In this document: in pieces, positions 17,816-28,598 of the stretch
Layout: every line of letters begins with the position of its first letter
Numbering within the stretch: position 1 is the first letter of the stretch
Assembly (NCBI GenBank): GCA_944386655.1
Contig: CALXBX010000004.1
Location: forward strand, 2,595 to 66,594
Length of the DNA stretch: 64,000 nucleotides
Direction of reading: 5' to 3'
From: an uncultured Clostridia bacterium
GTDB taxonomy: Bacteria; Bacillota; Clostridia; TANB77; CAG-508
Program-made: the position numbers and the translations under genes
The notes under the pieces: model-generated
What the model was told of the DNA's origin: nothing
The model's input: only the letters and a program-made list of their open reading frames with translations
The model's database searches: none

Positions 17816-18307
17816 TCATATATCTGTTAATTTTTTTCTATCTAATATTCCTTTAAGTCTTGCTTCAATCCATTTATCTGAATATCCTTTATTCCTATAA
17901 TAGTCAATTGCTCTATTAATAGCAATTTCTGGATTAAAAACTTCATCTATTCTTTCTTGCCCCAAAGATGCGAGCCATAGTTTAAATGGTTCTGCTTTTG
18001 AACTTGGAATTGATTCTATTAATCTTAAAATTCCTTCTGTATCTAATGTATCTGTGACATATTTTTTGCCATCTTTATTTGATTTTAATTTCAGTTGCAC
18101 GATTTTTTCGTGCAACTCACTTCCCTCGTCTATTAGTTTTCGTTTTAAATCGCTCCAATAATTTCTTGGAATTTTACTATCTGTTAATGCACTAATGACA
18201 TCGACGACACTAAAAAAATATTCTTCTTTTTCTGCATCCCAGATGCTTCTTATTTCTTTTCCTTCAAAAAGATTTGAAATTGTTTCCAATTTATTATTCT
18301 CCACCAT
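17816..18307 (-). CDS. Bro-N domain protein (DinD/antirepressor-like), possibly C-terminally truncated
   Basis: FEGKEIRSIWDAEKEEYFFSVVDVISALT...NYWSDLKRKL...AEPFKLWLA is typical of Bro-N/DinD-like proteins. At 163 aa it is shorter than the full-length family members I recall. Confidence 0.6.
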   Translation of the reverse strand: MVENNKLETISNLFEGKEIRSIWDAEKEEYFFSVVDVISALTDSKIPRNYWSDLKRKLIDEGSELHEKIVQLKLKSNKDGKKYVTDTLDTEGILRLIESIPSSKAEPFKLWLASLGQERIDEVFNPEIAINRAIDYYRNKGYSDKWIEARLKGILDRKKLTDI

Positions 18308-18494
18308 ACAAAATTATCTCCTTAATTAGTTTTAACTATTATATAACACCATTTATATTTTGTCAAACATTTGTTTTTAATTTGTAAAAAAGAAAGCCTT
18401 TTACTAAAGACTTCCTATCTAAGTTTTATTTCTAAAAATTTATAAAATCCTCAAAAAGCAGTTATTGTATAGTATCTATGTCTATTCTAGAATT

Positions 18495-19292
18495 TTATGG
18501 TTTTTCTTTTCTTTTTTGCATATGATAACTTACTTTTGCCAAGAGTGTATCTGGTACTATTTTGCTAAAAAAACGTGTACACTTTACACTGATTCCTGGC
18601 ATAATTAGAAATTTGTTTTTTAACATTTTATCTATTCCATATTGGGCTACTTTTTCGCTACTTGCTTGTGGCAAGTTAAACTTTACATGTGCTACATTGT
18701 TAAAATTGGTATCTACTGGACCTGGACACAACACACTTATTTTTATGCCACTTTTTTGTTTTTTTAGTTCTTCTCTTAAACTTTGTGAAAAACGAAGAAC
18801 ATAACTTTTGGTACTATAATAAGTGGTCATGAGCGGACCTGGTAAGAAACTGGCTATAGAAGATACATTTAAAATATGACCTGCATTTTTTTCTAACATA
18901 TCTTGCAAGAATAGCTTAGTTAATATATGCACTGCTTTGATATTGGTATCTATCATATTTAGTTCTGTTTCTAAACTTGTTTGCGTAAATCTACCAAACA
19001 AGCCAAATCCTGCATTATTAACCAGAATATCTATGCTTCCTACTTTTTCTTTTGTTTGCGCATATAATTTTTTACATTCTTCTTCCTTGCTTAAATCTGC
19101 TAATATAATTTCTATTTTCGGCTGTGTGTTAGCCTCAGATGGATTTGCATGGAACTTTTCTAATTCCTGTTTTAATTCTTCTAGCTTTTCTTTATTTCTT
19201 GCAGTTATTACGATGTCGTACCCTAGTTTATATAAATACCTTGCCATATCTCTTCCTATTCCAGAAGAAGCACCTGTTACTAATGCAATCAT
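18495..19292 (-). CDS. Short-chain dehydrogenase/reductase (SDR) family oxidoreductase
   Basis: MIALVTGASSGIGRDMA (TGxxxGIG), NNAG and YxxxK (YYSTKSY) motifs. Start preferred at ATG 19292. Confidence 0.85.
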   Translation of the reverse strand: MIALVTGASSGIGRDMARYLYKLGYDIVITARNKEKLEELKQELEKFHANPSEANTQPKIEIILADLSKEEECKKLYAQTKEKVGSIDILVNNAGFGLFGRFTQTSLETELNMIDTNIKAVHILTKLFLQDMLEKNAGHILNVSSIASFLPGPLMTTYYSTKSYVLRFSQSLREELKKQKSGIKISVLCPGPVDTNFNNVAHVKFNLPQASSEKVAQYGIDKMLKNKFLIMPGISVKCTRFFSKIVPDTLLAKVSYHMQKRKEKP

Positions 19293-19398
19293 TTTATTTT
19301 TTTCTTCCTTTCTCCTCAAAGTTTTTATTTTGAGATTTACACTCTTTCATTTGATAAAATCTAGGTAATTATTTGCCCCCTAATTTTTCTTTTACATT

Positions 19399-19436
19399 TA
19401 AAAAGAGGAAATAAATAATGATTTACTTATTTCCTC
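19399..19436 (-). terminator. Rho-independent terminator after ftsH
   Basis: Minus strand: GAGGAAATAA...TTATTTCCTC (10-bp perfect stem) followed by TTTTTAAATG. Confidence 0.7.
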
Positions 19437-19508
19437 CTTTACTTTTCTTATTTTTAGGAAAGATTTTTTCTGTTTAGCATTCTTTATCCTTCTTTCCTAT
19501 TTTTCTTT

Positions 19509-21311
19509 TTATTCTGCAAAAATTTCTTCGAATTCGTCTCCGTCTATCTTTTCTTTCTCTAGCAAGATACCTGCTACTTTATGCAATTTATCTACATTTG
19601 CTCTTAAAATTTCTGTTGCCATGTGGTAAGCATTATCAATAATTCTTTTTACTTCTTCATCAATAATGCCGGCAGTTTCTTCGGAGTATTCTTTTGCTTG
19701 TGCAAAATCTCTTCCTAGAAATACTTCTTCTTGTCCAGATCCTAACATGATAGTTCCAATTCTATCGCTCATTCCATATTTAGTTACCATATTTCTAGCA
19801 ATTTTGGTTGCTCTTTCTATATCGTTACTTGCTCCGGTAGAAATATCGTCTAAGATTAATTTTTCTGCTGCTCTTCCACCTAGTAAAGATACAATAGTTT
19901 CTTCCATTTCTGATTTTGACATAAAGTTTTTATCTTCTGTTGGACGGTACATTGTATACCCTCCAGCCATTCCTCTAGGTACAATTGAGATTTGATGTAC
20001 TGGATCTTGTGTTGGTAAAAATCTACTAACTACGGCATGGCCAGCTTCATGATAAGCTACTAATTTATTTTCTTTTTCGCTTCTTACTCTTGTTCTCTTT
20101 TCTGGTCCCATGGTTACTTTTACCATAGCATCTTCTATTTCCCTCATTCCTATTTCTGGTAAGTTTCTTCTAGCAGAAAGTAGTGCTGCTTCGTTTAAAA
20201 CATTCTCTAGGTCTGCTCCTGAAAATCCTGAAGTATTTTTTGCAATAATTCTTAAATCTACATCATCTGCCAATCTTTTCTTTCTAGCATGTACTTCTAA
20301 TATTTGTTCTCTTGCTTTTACATCTGGTGAACTTACTACAATTTGTCTGTCAAATCTTCCTGGTCTTAATAAAGCTTTATCTAAGATATCTGGTCTATTG
20401 GTTGCTGCTAGTACAATAACCCCCTCATTTTCTGCAAATCCATCCATTTCTACTAGCAATTGATTTAAGGTTTGTTCTCTTTCATCATGTCCACCACCAA
20501 GACCTGCACCTCTTTGACGTCCTACTGCATCAATTTCGTCGATAAATATAATGCATGGTGCTTTTTTCTTCGCTTCTTCAAACAAATCTCTTACTCTAGA
20601 TGCTCCAACACCAACAAACATTTCTACGAAGTCGGAACCACTAATAATAAAGAATGGTACTCCTGCCTCACCAGCTACAGCTCTTGCAAGAAGTGTTTTA
20701 CCAGTTCCTGGTTGTCCTACTAATAAAACTCCTTTTGGAATTCTTGCTCCCATATCTGTAAATTTCTTTGGATTTTTTAAAAATTCTACAATTTCTTCTA
20801 ATTCTTCTTTTTCTTCATCTACACCTGCTACATCTTTAAAAGTTACTTTTGCTTTATCTTGTGGAGAAACCATTCTTGCTTTGCTTTTTCCAAATGTCAT
20901 GGTTTTGCTTCCCCCATTTTGGCTTCCATTCATCATAAAGAACCAGAAAATTAGGAAGATAATTAAAATTCCAAATGGAGTAAGTAAACTTAGAATTACC
21001 ATAAAGAAAGATTCTGACCTTTCAGAAACTTCTATGGTTCCTGCTTTCATAGAGTCATTTACAGTTTCCATTAAATTATCTATACTAGGAATATTTACTT
21101 CTTTTGGTACTCTATCATTTTTCATAGTAACTTCTGCAGTTGTTCCACTAGAGTCTATTACAATTTCTTCTACTTCTCCTGCATCAATACTTGCTACTAA
21201 TTCTGAATACGCTAATTTATTACTAGAATTATCTAAAATAGAACTGACTAATACGATAAAAATAATAAATATAATCAGCCACATGGCTAGTGTTTTAATT
21301 CCGTTTTTCAA
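19509..21311 (-). CDS. ftsH: ATP-dependent zinc metalloprotease FtsH
   Basis: Two TM segments, AAA Walker A GQPGTGKT, the SRH region and the HEAGHA zinc motif. Confidence 0.95.
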   Translation of the reverse strand: MKNGIKTLAMWLIIFIIFIVLVSSILDNSSNKLAYSELVASIDAGEVEEIVIDSSGTTAEVTMKNDRVPKEVNIPSIDNLMETVNDSMKAGTIEVSERSESFFMVILSLLTPFGILIIFLIFWFFMMNGSQNGGSKTMTFGKSKARMVSPQDKAKVTFKDVAGVDEEKEELEEIVEFLKNPKKFTDMGARIPKGVLLVGQPGTGKTLLARAVAGEAGVPFFIISGSDFVEMFVGVGASRVRDLFEEAKKKAPCIIFIDEIDAVGRQRGAGLGGGHDEREQTLNQLLVEMDGFAENEGVIVLAATNRPDILDKALLRPGRFDRQIVVSSPDVKAREQILEVHARKKRLADDVDLRIIAKNTSGFSGADLENVLNEAALLSARRNLPEIGMREIEDAMVKVTMGPEKRTRVRSEKENKLVAYHEAGHAVVSRFLPTQDPVHQISIVPRGMAGGYTMYRPTEDKNFMSKSEMEETIVSLLGGRAAEKLILDDISTGASNDIERATKIARNMVTKYGMSDRIGTIMLGSGQEEVFLGRDFAQAKEYSEETAGIIDEEVKRIIDNAYHMATEILRANVDKLHKVAGILLEKEKIDGDEFEEIFAE

Positions 21312-21471
21312 GTTTTTTCCTCCTTACTTTTTGATAAAAAATTTCTCTTTTATCACATTATAGAAATATACCATAGAACTTGTATAATTGCAAGGGTATT
21401 TTATAAAGTTTTTTCATGCAAAATCCCTCTGTATCAAGCTTTTTACTACGGAAATACGCTTTAAAAGCAGA

Positions 21472-22500
21472 CTACTGCTCTAGGAAAAAAATTTTTCCTT
21501 TGTTTACCAATACTTTTACTTTTTTATTAGGAATTAAATATTTATTTCCTACATTTTTTTCACAAAGTTTGATAATATCTTCTATATGTATTTTTTCGAT
21601 ATCTTTTGTTGTTCCTAATAACCTATTAATAGTATATCGTATTACTCTGGATTTTATGACAAAATCTTGTTCTTTCCATTTTTTTAAGGATAATAGTATA
21701 CTGTTCTCCTGATTCGTTTCTCCTTCTAAATTTTCTTCTAATACCATAAAATCATATGCTTTTTTGGTTTGTTTTTCTAAATAGTGATTTTCTTGCCTTG
21801 CTAATTCTGACAAACGATTTAGTGTAGCTACTATATTGGGATTCCATTCTTTTTCTAGAAATGGTATTAATGTATTTCTTACTTTATTTCTGTTATATAC
21901 ATTTTCTTGATTGGATGTATCTATTTTAGGTTGCAAATTTTTTTCTTCGCAATACTGATAAATCTCTTCTTTGGTGCAATGGATAAGTGGTCTAATAAAT
22001 ACTACCTTTTTTTCGTTTTTGCGAATTGGTTCTATTCCTTTTAAACCTGCTGTACCACTACCTCTTATAATATTCATAAGCACGGTTTCTGCATTGTCGT
22101 TTGCTTGATGTGCCGTTACAATTTTTTGTGCATTTTGCTCTTGCCTCACTTCTTCAAAAAATTGATAACGTAGAAGTCTTCCCATTTCTTCTGTTCCTTT
22201 TTTCTCTTTTTGGGCTAATTCTTTTACATTTACTCTTTTTACAAAACAAGGAATTTGATGCATCTTGCAAAATTCTTCCACATAGACTGTTTCTTCCTCT
22301 GCTTCTTTACGTAGCATATGATTGACATGTGCCACTAATAGAGTACAAGAAGGAATTTGATTTTTCTCTTGTAAGGTAAGTAAGATATGCAATAAAGCCA
22401 TAGAATCTGGTCCTCCAGAAACTCCTATGACTAATTTATCCTCTTTTTTTATTAATTGATATTTTTTTATGGTTTCCAACACCTTATTTTCTAACGTCAT
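21472..22500 (-). CDS. tilS: tRNA(Ile)-lysidine synthase TilS (short form)
   Basis: The PP-loop SGGPDS (VIGVSGGPDSMALL) and its position upstream of ftsH, as in many Bacillota. No hpt lies between them here. Confidence 0.85.
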   Translation of the reverse strand: MTLENKVLETIKKYQLIKKEDKLVIGVSGGPDSMALLHILLTLQEKNQIPSCTLLVAHVNHMLRKEAEEETVYVEEFCKMHQIPCFVKRVNVKELAQKEKKGTEEMGRLLRYQFFEEVRQEQNAQKIVTAHQANDNAETVLMNIIRGSGTAGLKGIEPIRKNEKKVVFIRPLIHCTKEEIYQYCEEKNLQPKIDTSNQENVYNRNKVRNTLIPFLEKEWNPNIVATLNRLSELARQENHYLEKQTKKAYDFMVLEENLEGETNQENSILLSLKKWKEQDFVIKSRVIRYTINRLLGTTKDIEKIHIEDIIKLCEKNVGNKYLIPNKKVKVLVNKGKIFFLEQ

Positions 22501-22553
22501 TTTCTTTCCTTCTTTTTTCTTTTTTGCTTTCCCTACTTTGTGAATACTTTCTA

Positions 22554-23879
22554 TTATTCTTTATATTTATTAGCAAACTTTGTGTAATTTCCAAGCCACA
22601 ATAGTTCTACTGTTCCTGTAGAGCCTGAACGATGTTTTGCTAAGATAACTTCTGCTATGTTTTTCTTTTCACTGTCTTCGTTATAGTAATCATCTCTATA
22701 TAAGAACATAACAATATCAGCATCTTGTTCTATAGAACCAGACTCTCTTAAGTCTGATAGCATTGGTCTATGGTCCGGTCTTTGTTCTGGTGCTCTGGAT
22801 AATTGAGAAAGTGCAATGACTGGCACGTTAATTTCTTTTGCTAAAATTTTTAAAGAACGGCTAATTTCTGCAATTTCCTGTTCACGACTACTTCCTCTTT
22901 TTCCGCTTCCTTGTACTAATTGTAAATAGTCAATTACCACCAATCCTATATTTTTTTCTAATTTTAGCTTTCTGCATTTTGCTCTAATTTCCATTATGGA
23001 AATACCTGGTGTATCATCAATAAATATTTGCGCTTCTGATAATTCTCCTGATGCTTCTGCCAATTTTGTCCATTCATCATCATCTATTTTTCCGGTTCGT
23101 ACTTTATTACTATCTACCATGGCTTCACTGCACAAAATTCTATTTGCCATTTGCTCTTTTGACATTTCTAGACTGAATATCACCACAGGAATTTTTGCTC
23201 TTGTTGCCGCATAAGAAGCTATATTTAAAGCAAAAGCAGATTTTCCCATAGCAGGTCTTGCTGCCACTAAGATTAAATCCGAATTATGAAGGCCTGCAGT
23301 CTTATAATCTAAATCGGCAAATCCTGTTGGCACCCCTGTAATATGTTGTTTTTGGTTATATAACTGTTCCAACTCTGTAAAGGTATCCACTAAGATATCT
23401 TTCATGGAGCTATACCCTTTTTGATTTCTAGATTGAATGGTGTTAAATATTTTCTTTTCTGCCTGATCCATAATCATATCTACATCTTGTGTTTCGTCAT
23501 ACCCCAATTGGATAATTTCATTGGCTGTCTTTAATAAATTTCTTAATATGGACTTTTCTTCTACAATTTTAATATATTTTTCTACATTGGCTGTGGTTGG
23601 TACTTTATCTGGCAAAGTAGCCAAAAACTCGATTCCTCCTACCGCATCTAACTGTCCTAAAGAAGAAAGTTCTGCTTTTAAAGTAATAATATCCACAGGC
23701 TCTGCACGATTATATAAACTTAAAATGGCATGATAAATGATACGATTATCTTCTCTATAAAAATCTTCTTCTTTTAAGACTTCTATAGCGGAAATAATAG
23801 CTTCTTTATCTGTTAACATGCTTCCTATCACTGCTTGTTCTGCTTCTGTGTCATGTGGCGGTACCTTTCCTATATCCAT
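22554..23879 (-). CDS. dnaB: Replicative DNA helicase DnaB (DnaC in B. subtilis nomenclature)
   Basis: PPHDTEAEQAVIGSML N-terminus, Walker A ARPAMGKSAF, and the downstream RecA-like motifs (IDYLQL, SQLSR). Confidence 0.95.
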   Translation of the reverse strand: MDIGKVPPHDTEAEQAVIGSMLTDKEAIISAIEVLKEEDFYREDNRIIYHAILSLYNRAEPVDIITLKAELSSLGQLDAVGGIEFLATLPDKVPTTANVEKYIKIVEEKSILRNLLKTANEIIQLGYDETQDVDMIMDQAEKKIFNTIQSRNQKGYSSMKDILVDTFTELEQLYNQKQHITGVPTGFADLDYKTAGLHNSDLILVAARPAMGKSAFALNIASYAATRAKIPVVIFSLEMSKEQMANRILCSEAMVDSNKVRTGKIDDDEWTKLAEASGELSEAQIFIDDTPGISIMEIRAKCRKLKLEKNIGLVVIDYLQLVQGSGKRGSSREQEIAEISRSLKILAKEINVPVIALSQLSRAPEQRPDHRPMLSDLRESGSIEQDADIVMFLYRDDYYNEDSEKKNIAEVILAKHRSGSTGTVELLWLGNYTKFANKYKE

Positions 23880-23894
23880 TTGTTTTCCTTCCTA

Positions 23895-24341
23895 TTATTC
23901 TTCTACAATTTTTACTTTTACGTTTCCTATAACGCCTTCATATAGCTTAATTTCTACAGAATAAACGCCTAATGTTTTTATGGTTTCTTTTAGCATAATT
24001 TTCTTTTTGTCTACCACAATTTTATGTTCTTTATTTAGGTTTTCTGCTATTTCTTTTGCCGTTACTCCTCCAAAAATTTTTCCGTTTTCTCCTGCTTTTA
24101 CTTTTATAGTTAGTGTAATTTCTTTTAATTTACTGGCTATTTTCATAGCTTCTTCTTTCTCTTGATCTTTTTTAAATTGCCTAGATTCTTGCTTTGCTTG
24201 TAGTTTCGCCATATTCTCTTTATTGGCTTCTACTGCTAATTTTTTAGGAAATAAATAGTTTCTGGCGTATCCATCACTACTATTGATGACTTCGTCTTTT
24301 TTTCCTACTCCTTTAATATCTTCTAATAAAATTACTTTCAC
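23895..24341 (-). CDS. rplI: 50S ribosomal protein L9
   Basis: MKVILLEDIKGVGKKDEVINSSDGYARNYLFPKKLA is a canonical L9 N-terminus. GTG start. gdpP-rplI-dnaB synteny. Confidence 0.95.
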   Translation of the reverse strand: MKVILLEDIKGVGKKDEVINSSDGYARNYLFPKKLAVEANKENMAKLQAKQESRQFKKDQEKEEAMKIASKLKEITLTIKVKAGENGKIFGGVTAKEIAENLNKEHKIVVDKKKIMLKETIKTLGVYSVEIKLYEGVIGNVKVKIVEE

Positions 24342-24414
24342 TTTTTTTCTCTCCTTTCTCCTCTTACTGTCCTATATAGTTTACCTCAAAATCCGCTTTT
24401 TTTCAAGGTTCTTT

Positions 24415-24448
24415 AAGAAAAAAGATAAACCTCTAATGGGCTTATCTT
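24415..24448 (-). terminator. Putative rho-independent terminator/attenuator after gdpP
   Basis: Minus strand: AAGATAAGCC-cattaga-GGTTTATCTT (one mismatch) followed by TTTTTCTT. Confidence 0.5.
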
Positions 24449-24459
24449 TTCATCTTCTT

Positions 24460-26493
24460 TTATCCTACAATTTCGCTAAAGTATTCGTTAATTCTATTAA
24501 TTAACTCTTGTTTTACTTCTTCTATGTTCATTCCTTCTACTTGAGCACCTGCTAGTGTTATGTGACCACCGCCACCTAATTTTTCCAAAATAAGTTGCAC
24601 ATTAATGTCTCCAATAGAACGGCCACTAATACATACTTTATCTCCTAAATTGCCAATAACAAAAGATGCTGTAATATCACTAATAGTTAATAACTCGTCT
24701 GCAGCCTTGGCACAAACAATATTGGCATTTTCATCTTGTGCATCGTAAATAGAAATTCCTATGGTATCGTTTACAATTTCTGCTTTTTCTACAATTTGTG
24801 CTATTTTATTGTAAGTTGCTAAGTCACTTTGGAACCATTTTTTTACTTTGATAATATCTACGCCACATTTACGAAGATATGCTGCTGCCTCAAAAGTTCT
24901 TACACCTGTTTTAAATGTAAAGTTTTTGGTGTCCATCATGATGCCGGCATATAAGCCTTCTGTTTCTATTTCTGATAAGTTAATATCATTTTCGGAATAT
25001 TCTATCAACTCTGTTACTAGTTCACAAGCAGAAGAAGCATATACTTCATGGAAGGTTAATATAGCATTTTCTATAAAATCTGGACTTCTTCTATGGTGGT
25101 CTATCACTACAATTTTGTTAGTTCTTTCTAATAATTCTGGGACTTCCACATAATTCGTTTTGTGAGTATCTACTACAACAAGTAACGTTTGTGGTGTTAT
25201 CGTTTCTAGTGCGATATCTTTTGTAATAATTGCGTTTTGGTACTCTTCTTCTTTTTTTGCTTCTTCTAAAAAGGTTTCTAAGCTCATTCCTCCTGTTTCG
25301 TTTACTATATAGGCTTCTTTTCCTACTGTTTTTGCAATACGATAAATACCAAAACTTGCTCCCATAGCATCAATATCGCTATTTGAATGCCCCATAATCA
25401 TTACTTGCTCTGATTCTTTGATTAATTCTTCTAAGGCATGAGACACAATTCTTGCTTTTACTCTAGTTCTTTTTTCCATTTCCTGTGTTCTTCCACCAAA
25501 GAAAGTATATTTTCCATCTTTTCGAATAACGGCTTGGTCTCCTCCACGTCCTAGTGCTAAGTCTATAGCAGCTTCTGCGGATTTATATTTTTCATAATTA
25601 GATGCGCCCTCGTTAGAAATAGCAATACTTAAGGTAGATTGTAATTTCCCTGGAATTTTGATTTCTTTCATGGTATCTAAGATGTTAAAACGGTTTTCTT
25701 CTAGTTTTTCTATATATTGCTGTTCTAATATAACCACAAAAGTATCTCTATCAGATTTTACAATTAACCCTTCAAATTCTGCAGCCCAGTCATAAAGTGT
25801 TTTCTCTATTTGTGCTAATATTTGTGGTCTATCTTCACTGGAAATTCTTTGCATAATCTCTTCGTAATTATCTACCATGATAATACCAATACAAATTTGA
25901 GAATTTTCATAATTTTTAGCTAATTCTACATTTTGTGTTTCATCTATAAAATACAATGTAGCCATATATTGGGCTTCTTTGTTTTTCTCTTTTTCTTTAG
26001 ATTTTACGTATTCTCCCAATATTTTATAAGTTTTATTTCCTATTTTTACTTGTTTTTTTATTAATTCTTCTAATTCTCTTTTATTTTCTTCGCTACTATT
26101 CTCGATTTCTAATCTTAATTCTTTTACAATGTTATTTAGATAATTATGAATATCGATATTGGCAAATTCATGAATGAATTTAGAACTTTTCCATATCACA
26201 TTTCCATCTGTTTCGATAATAATAAGTGGAAATGGAGAATTGATTAATGTACTTTTTGCTGCGTTATCCACTGTTAGCGTTAAATCTTTAATATGTTCTG
26301 ATAATTCTGCTTTTCTTTTGTTATTCGTCCAATAGGCATACATTAATACTAAAGCATATAGTAAAATAGCTGGTGTAATGTATTGAATTTCGTAGCAACA
26401 CAAAATAATTAATAGTATTGCAATAATTACTAAATACACTTTTGTTTTGGACACTAGTTTGTCAAATAGTTTTCCATTATAGTTTTTCGGCAT
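24460..26493 (-). CDS. gdpP: Cyclic-di-AMP phosphodiesterase GdpP (YybT-type: 2 TM, PAS-like, degenerate GGDEF, DHH/DHHA1)
   Basis: Two N-terminal TM helices. DHH motifs (GHSNSDIDAMGAS, VVVDTH, VIDHHRR) and the DHHA1 GGGGH motif. Conserved synteny with rplI and dnaB. Confidence 0.9.
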   Translation of the reverse strand: MPKNYNGKLFDKLVSKTKVYLVIIAILLIILCCYEIQYITPAILLYALVLMYAYWTNNKRKAELSEHIKDLTLTVDNAAKSTLINSPFPLIIIETDGNVIWKSSKFIHEFANIDIHNYLNNIVKELRLEIENSSEENKRELEELIKKQVKIGNKTYKILGEYVKSKEKEKNKEAQYMATLYFIDETQNVELAKNYENSQICIGIIMVDNYEEIMQRISSEDRPQILAQIEKTLYDWAAEFEGLIVKSDRDTFVVILEQQYIEKLEENRFNILDTMKEIKIPGKLQSTLSIAISNEGASNYEKYKSAEAAIDLALGRGGDQAVIRKDGKYTFFGGRTQEMEKRTRVKARIVSHALEELIKESEQVMIMGHSNSDIDAMGASFGIYRIAKTVGKEAYIVNETGGMSLETFLEEAKKEEEYQNAIITKDIALETITPQTLLVVVDTHKTNYVEVPELLERTNKIVVIDHHRRSPDFIENAILTFHEVYASSACELVTELIEYSENDINLSEIETEGLYAGIMMDTKNFTFKTGVRTFEAAAYLRKCGVDIIKVKKWFQSDLATYNKIAQIVEKAEIVNDTIGISIYDAQDENANIVCAKAADELLTISDITASFVIGNLGDKVCISGRSIGDINVQLILEKLGGGGHITLAGAQVEGMNIEEVKQELINRINEYFSEIVG

Positions 26494-26579
26494 TTTTATC
26501 TCCCTTTATCCATTTTTACAATTACCATTTTACTCTTTTTTTACCATTTTGTCAATGTGTTGGTGGTTTACATATATAC

Positions 26580-26915
26580 CTAACGTTTTGTTACGTATTT
26601 TTGATTTTTATGATTTGGTTTTTCTGGTATGGTCATTTGTAATTTTCCACTATCTAATAAAGGTCTCATATATTTTAAATAGAAATTTCTTCTATCCTTT
26701 AATTCTAAATATTCCATTATTTCTTTTGTTGTTCTTGGTTCTTTACAAAATTCTAATATTTTATCTTGGTGGGTATCTTGGTGGGTATCTTGGTGGGTTC
26801 TTGGTCGGTCTTTTGTTTCGTTTTCAAATCCATCATGTATAAATATTGTTGTAATAAAATAATCTCTGCATCCTTCTCCTACATTTATTTCTATTATGAA
26901 ATTATACCACTCCAC
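26580..26915 (-). pseudogene. Probable C-terminal remnant of an AlbA_2/ATPase-type putative DNA-binding protein (winged-helix tail)
   Basis: The tail KILEFCKEPRTTKEIMEYLELKDRRNFYLKYMRPLLDSGKLQMTIPEKPNHKNQKYVT resembles the conserved C-terminal wHTH of longer regulator/ATPase proteins. No N-terminal domain is present. The ORF is squeezed between mtaD and gdpP. Confidence 0.4.
26763..26810. repeat. 12-nt tandem repeat (ATCTTGGTGGGT x3 plus one degenerate copy) encoding (THQD)n
   Basis: Three perfect copies lie at 26763-26798 and one degenerate copy at 26799-26810. They translate to THQDTHQDTHQD on the minus strand. Confidence 0.85.
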
Positions 26916-26924
26916 ATATGTGAT

Positions 26925-28211
26925 TTACTGTATTCGTTTCATAATCTCTCCGCATTTTTCTATCACTTCTGCTTCCTCATTTTCAAATTGTAACTGATAA
27001 TTTTCCATTATTATCTTACCATTTACAATGCTTGTTTCTACATTGTTTCCTTTTGCGTTATAAACTAAATCTGCTATAATATCATTTACTGGTTGCATAA
27101 CGATATTATTTAAGTTAACGATAATTATATCGGCAAGTTTGCCCTCTTCTATGCTTCCTATTTTCTGCTCAAGTCCTAATGCTTTTGCTCCATTTATTGT
27201 TCCCATTTTTAGTACTTCGTAAGCAGGCATTTGCACGGCATCTTCCTCTATTCCTTTTTGCAAAAGTGCTGCATATTTCATGCTTTCCCACAAGTCTAAA
27301 TTGCTACCACTTCCCTGTCCATCTGTACCAATACTTACATTAATGCCTTGTTTTACCATCTCTGCAATATTAGCTACACCGCATCCTAATTTTAAATTAC
27401 TTACTGGACAATGAGATATACTAATTTGTTTTAGCTGTGAAAGCCTTGCAATCTCTTCTTTATTTAATTTTACGCAATGAGCTAACAAGACTTTTTCATT
27501 AGAAAATAGCTCTTCTAGGACTTCTATTGGCTTTTTTCCATAACTTTCTTCTATATCTTTTACTTCTTTTGTATTTTCACAAAAATGCATATGCATAGCT
27601 AAAGCATTTTCTTTTGCAAATGCAATGCACTTTTCCACATATGGTTTACTTGCTGTGTATAATCCATGAATTCCCACATTAAAAGTCACTCTACCATCTT
27701 TTCCTTGATAATTTTTTATTAATGTTTTTAATTCCTTTAATCGATTTTCGCCTTCTTCTTCTCCTGATAAATCCATTAGTGTTCTAGTAGTTTGTAATCT
27801 AATGCCTGTGACTTCTGCCGCTTCTATAATCTGCTCTGTCATAAAATACATATCATTAATGGTAGTGGTTCCAGTTCTTATCATTTCTAAAAAAGATAAA
27901 TAAGAAGCATAATAGATATCTTGCTTTGTTAATTTATCTTCCATTGGCCAAATTTTATCTTGCAACCATGATTGTAGTGGCAAACCATCTACGGTTTCTC
28001 TGAAAATGCTCATTGGTATATGAGCATGTGTATTAATTAAGCCTGGCATTACTACCTTATTCGTGGCATCTATTATTTTTTCGTTTTGCTCTGGTTCTAA
28101 GTGTTTTCCTATTTTCTCTATTTTATTCTTTTTAATGCAGATATCCATTCCTCTTTCTATTTTTTCTCTTTTTTCACTCATCGTAATTAAAATAGCATTT
28201 TGAATCAGCAT
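26925..28211 (-). CDS. mtaD: Amidohydrolase, 5-methylthioadenosine/S-adenosylhomocysteine deaminase (MtaD-type)
   Basis: PGLINTHAHIPMSIFR (the HxH metal site) and later HMHFCE, HCV and TDG motifs are typical of MtaD/SsnA-like deaminases. Confidence 0.8.
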   Translation of the reverse strand: MLIQNAILITMSEKREKIERGMDICIKKNKIEKIGKHLEPEQNEKIIDATNKVVMPGLINTHAHIPMSIFRETVDGLPLQSWLQDKIWPMEDKLTKQDIYYASYLSFLEMIRTGTTTINDMYFMTEQIIEAAEVTGIRLQTTRTLMDLSGEEEGENRLKELKTLIKNYQGKDGRVTFNVGIHGLYTASKPYVEKCIAFAKENALAMHMHFCENTKEVKDIEESYGKKPIEVLEELFSNEKVLLAHCVKLNKEEIARLSQLKQISISHCPVSNLKLGCGVANIAEMVKQGINVSIGTDGQGSGSNLDLWESMKYAALLQKGIEEDAVQMPAYEVLKMGTINGAKALGLEQKIGSIEEGKLADIIIVNLNNIVMQPVNDIIADLVYNAKGNNVETSIVNGKIIMENYQLQFENEEAEVIEKCGEIMKRIQ

Positions 28212-28418
28212 CTTTCTTTTCCTCCTTCAAGATCTTGAACATTAGTATTCCCCCATTATTTATTATTCTAGCTAGATAAAATGTTATATATTAAAATTGT
28301 TTTATTTATATATGATTTCCAGAATATTACTAAAATTCATTTTTTTCTCCTTTCCTTTTGATTATAATCTTGCTTTTACGATAACAATATCCTATGCAAG
28401 TGGCCTAATAGCAAATTA

Positions 28419-28451
28419 TTTAAAAGGATAGATTTTTTCATAAATCTATCC
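28419..28451 (-). terminator. Rho-independent terminator at the end of the four-gene island operon
   Basis: Minus strand: GGATAGATTT-atgaaa-AAATCTATCC (10-bp perfect stem) followed by TTTTAAATAATTT. Confidence 0.6.
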
Positions 28452-28598
28452 TTTCACTTATTCTTTGATTGACATTATATAATCACATTTGTTCATAATT
28501 TTATAGATATATCATAAAATAAATAATTTAACATGTGGTGGAGTCGATTGGTTTCACACCAATTTTTGTTGAGAACAACCGTTTTAAATTACATATAA

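Noticed and set aside
20551-21363. 270-aa plus-strand ORF antisense to ftsH. Many similar plus-strand ORFs lie antisense to rpoB, rpoC, the PBP genes, the adhesin, gdpP and others.
   Set aside because: All lie fully inside well-supported minus-strand genes, have low-complexity S/F/L/I-rich products and lack recognisable motifs. They are shadow ORFs.
28302-28340. 12-codon mini-ORF (MNFSNILEIIYK) with an AAAGGAGA RBS in the mtaD leader, as a possible leader peptide
   Set aside because: It has no regulatory-codon run (Met/Cys etc.) and no alternative terminator/antiterminator structures nearby. It is likely fortuitous in AT-rich DNA.
28540-28598. Segment GGTGGAGTCGATTGGTTTCACACCAAT downstream of the island, considered as a tRNA fragment or att site
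   Set aside because: It has no T-arm consensus (GGTTCGAATCC-like) or cloverleaf. No matching direct repeat was found at the other island boundary (32635-32937), and no integrase is present.
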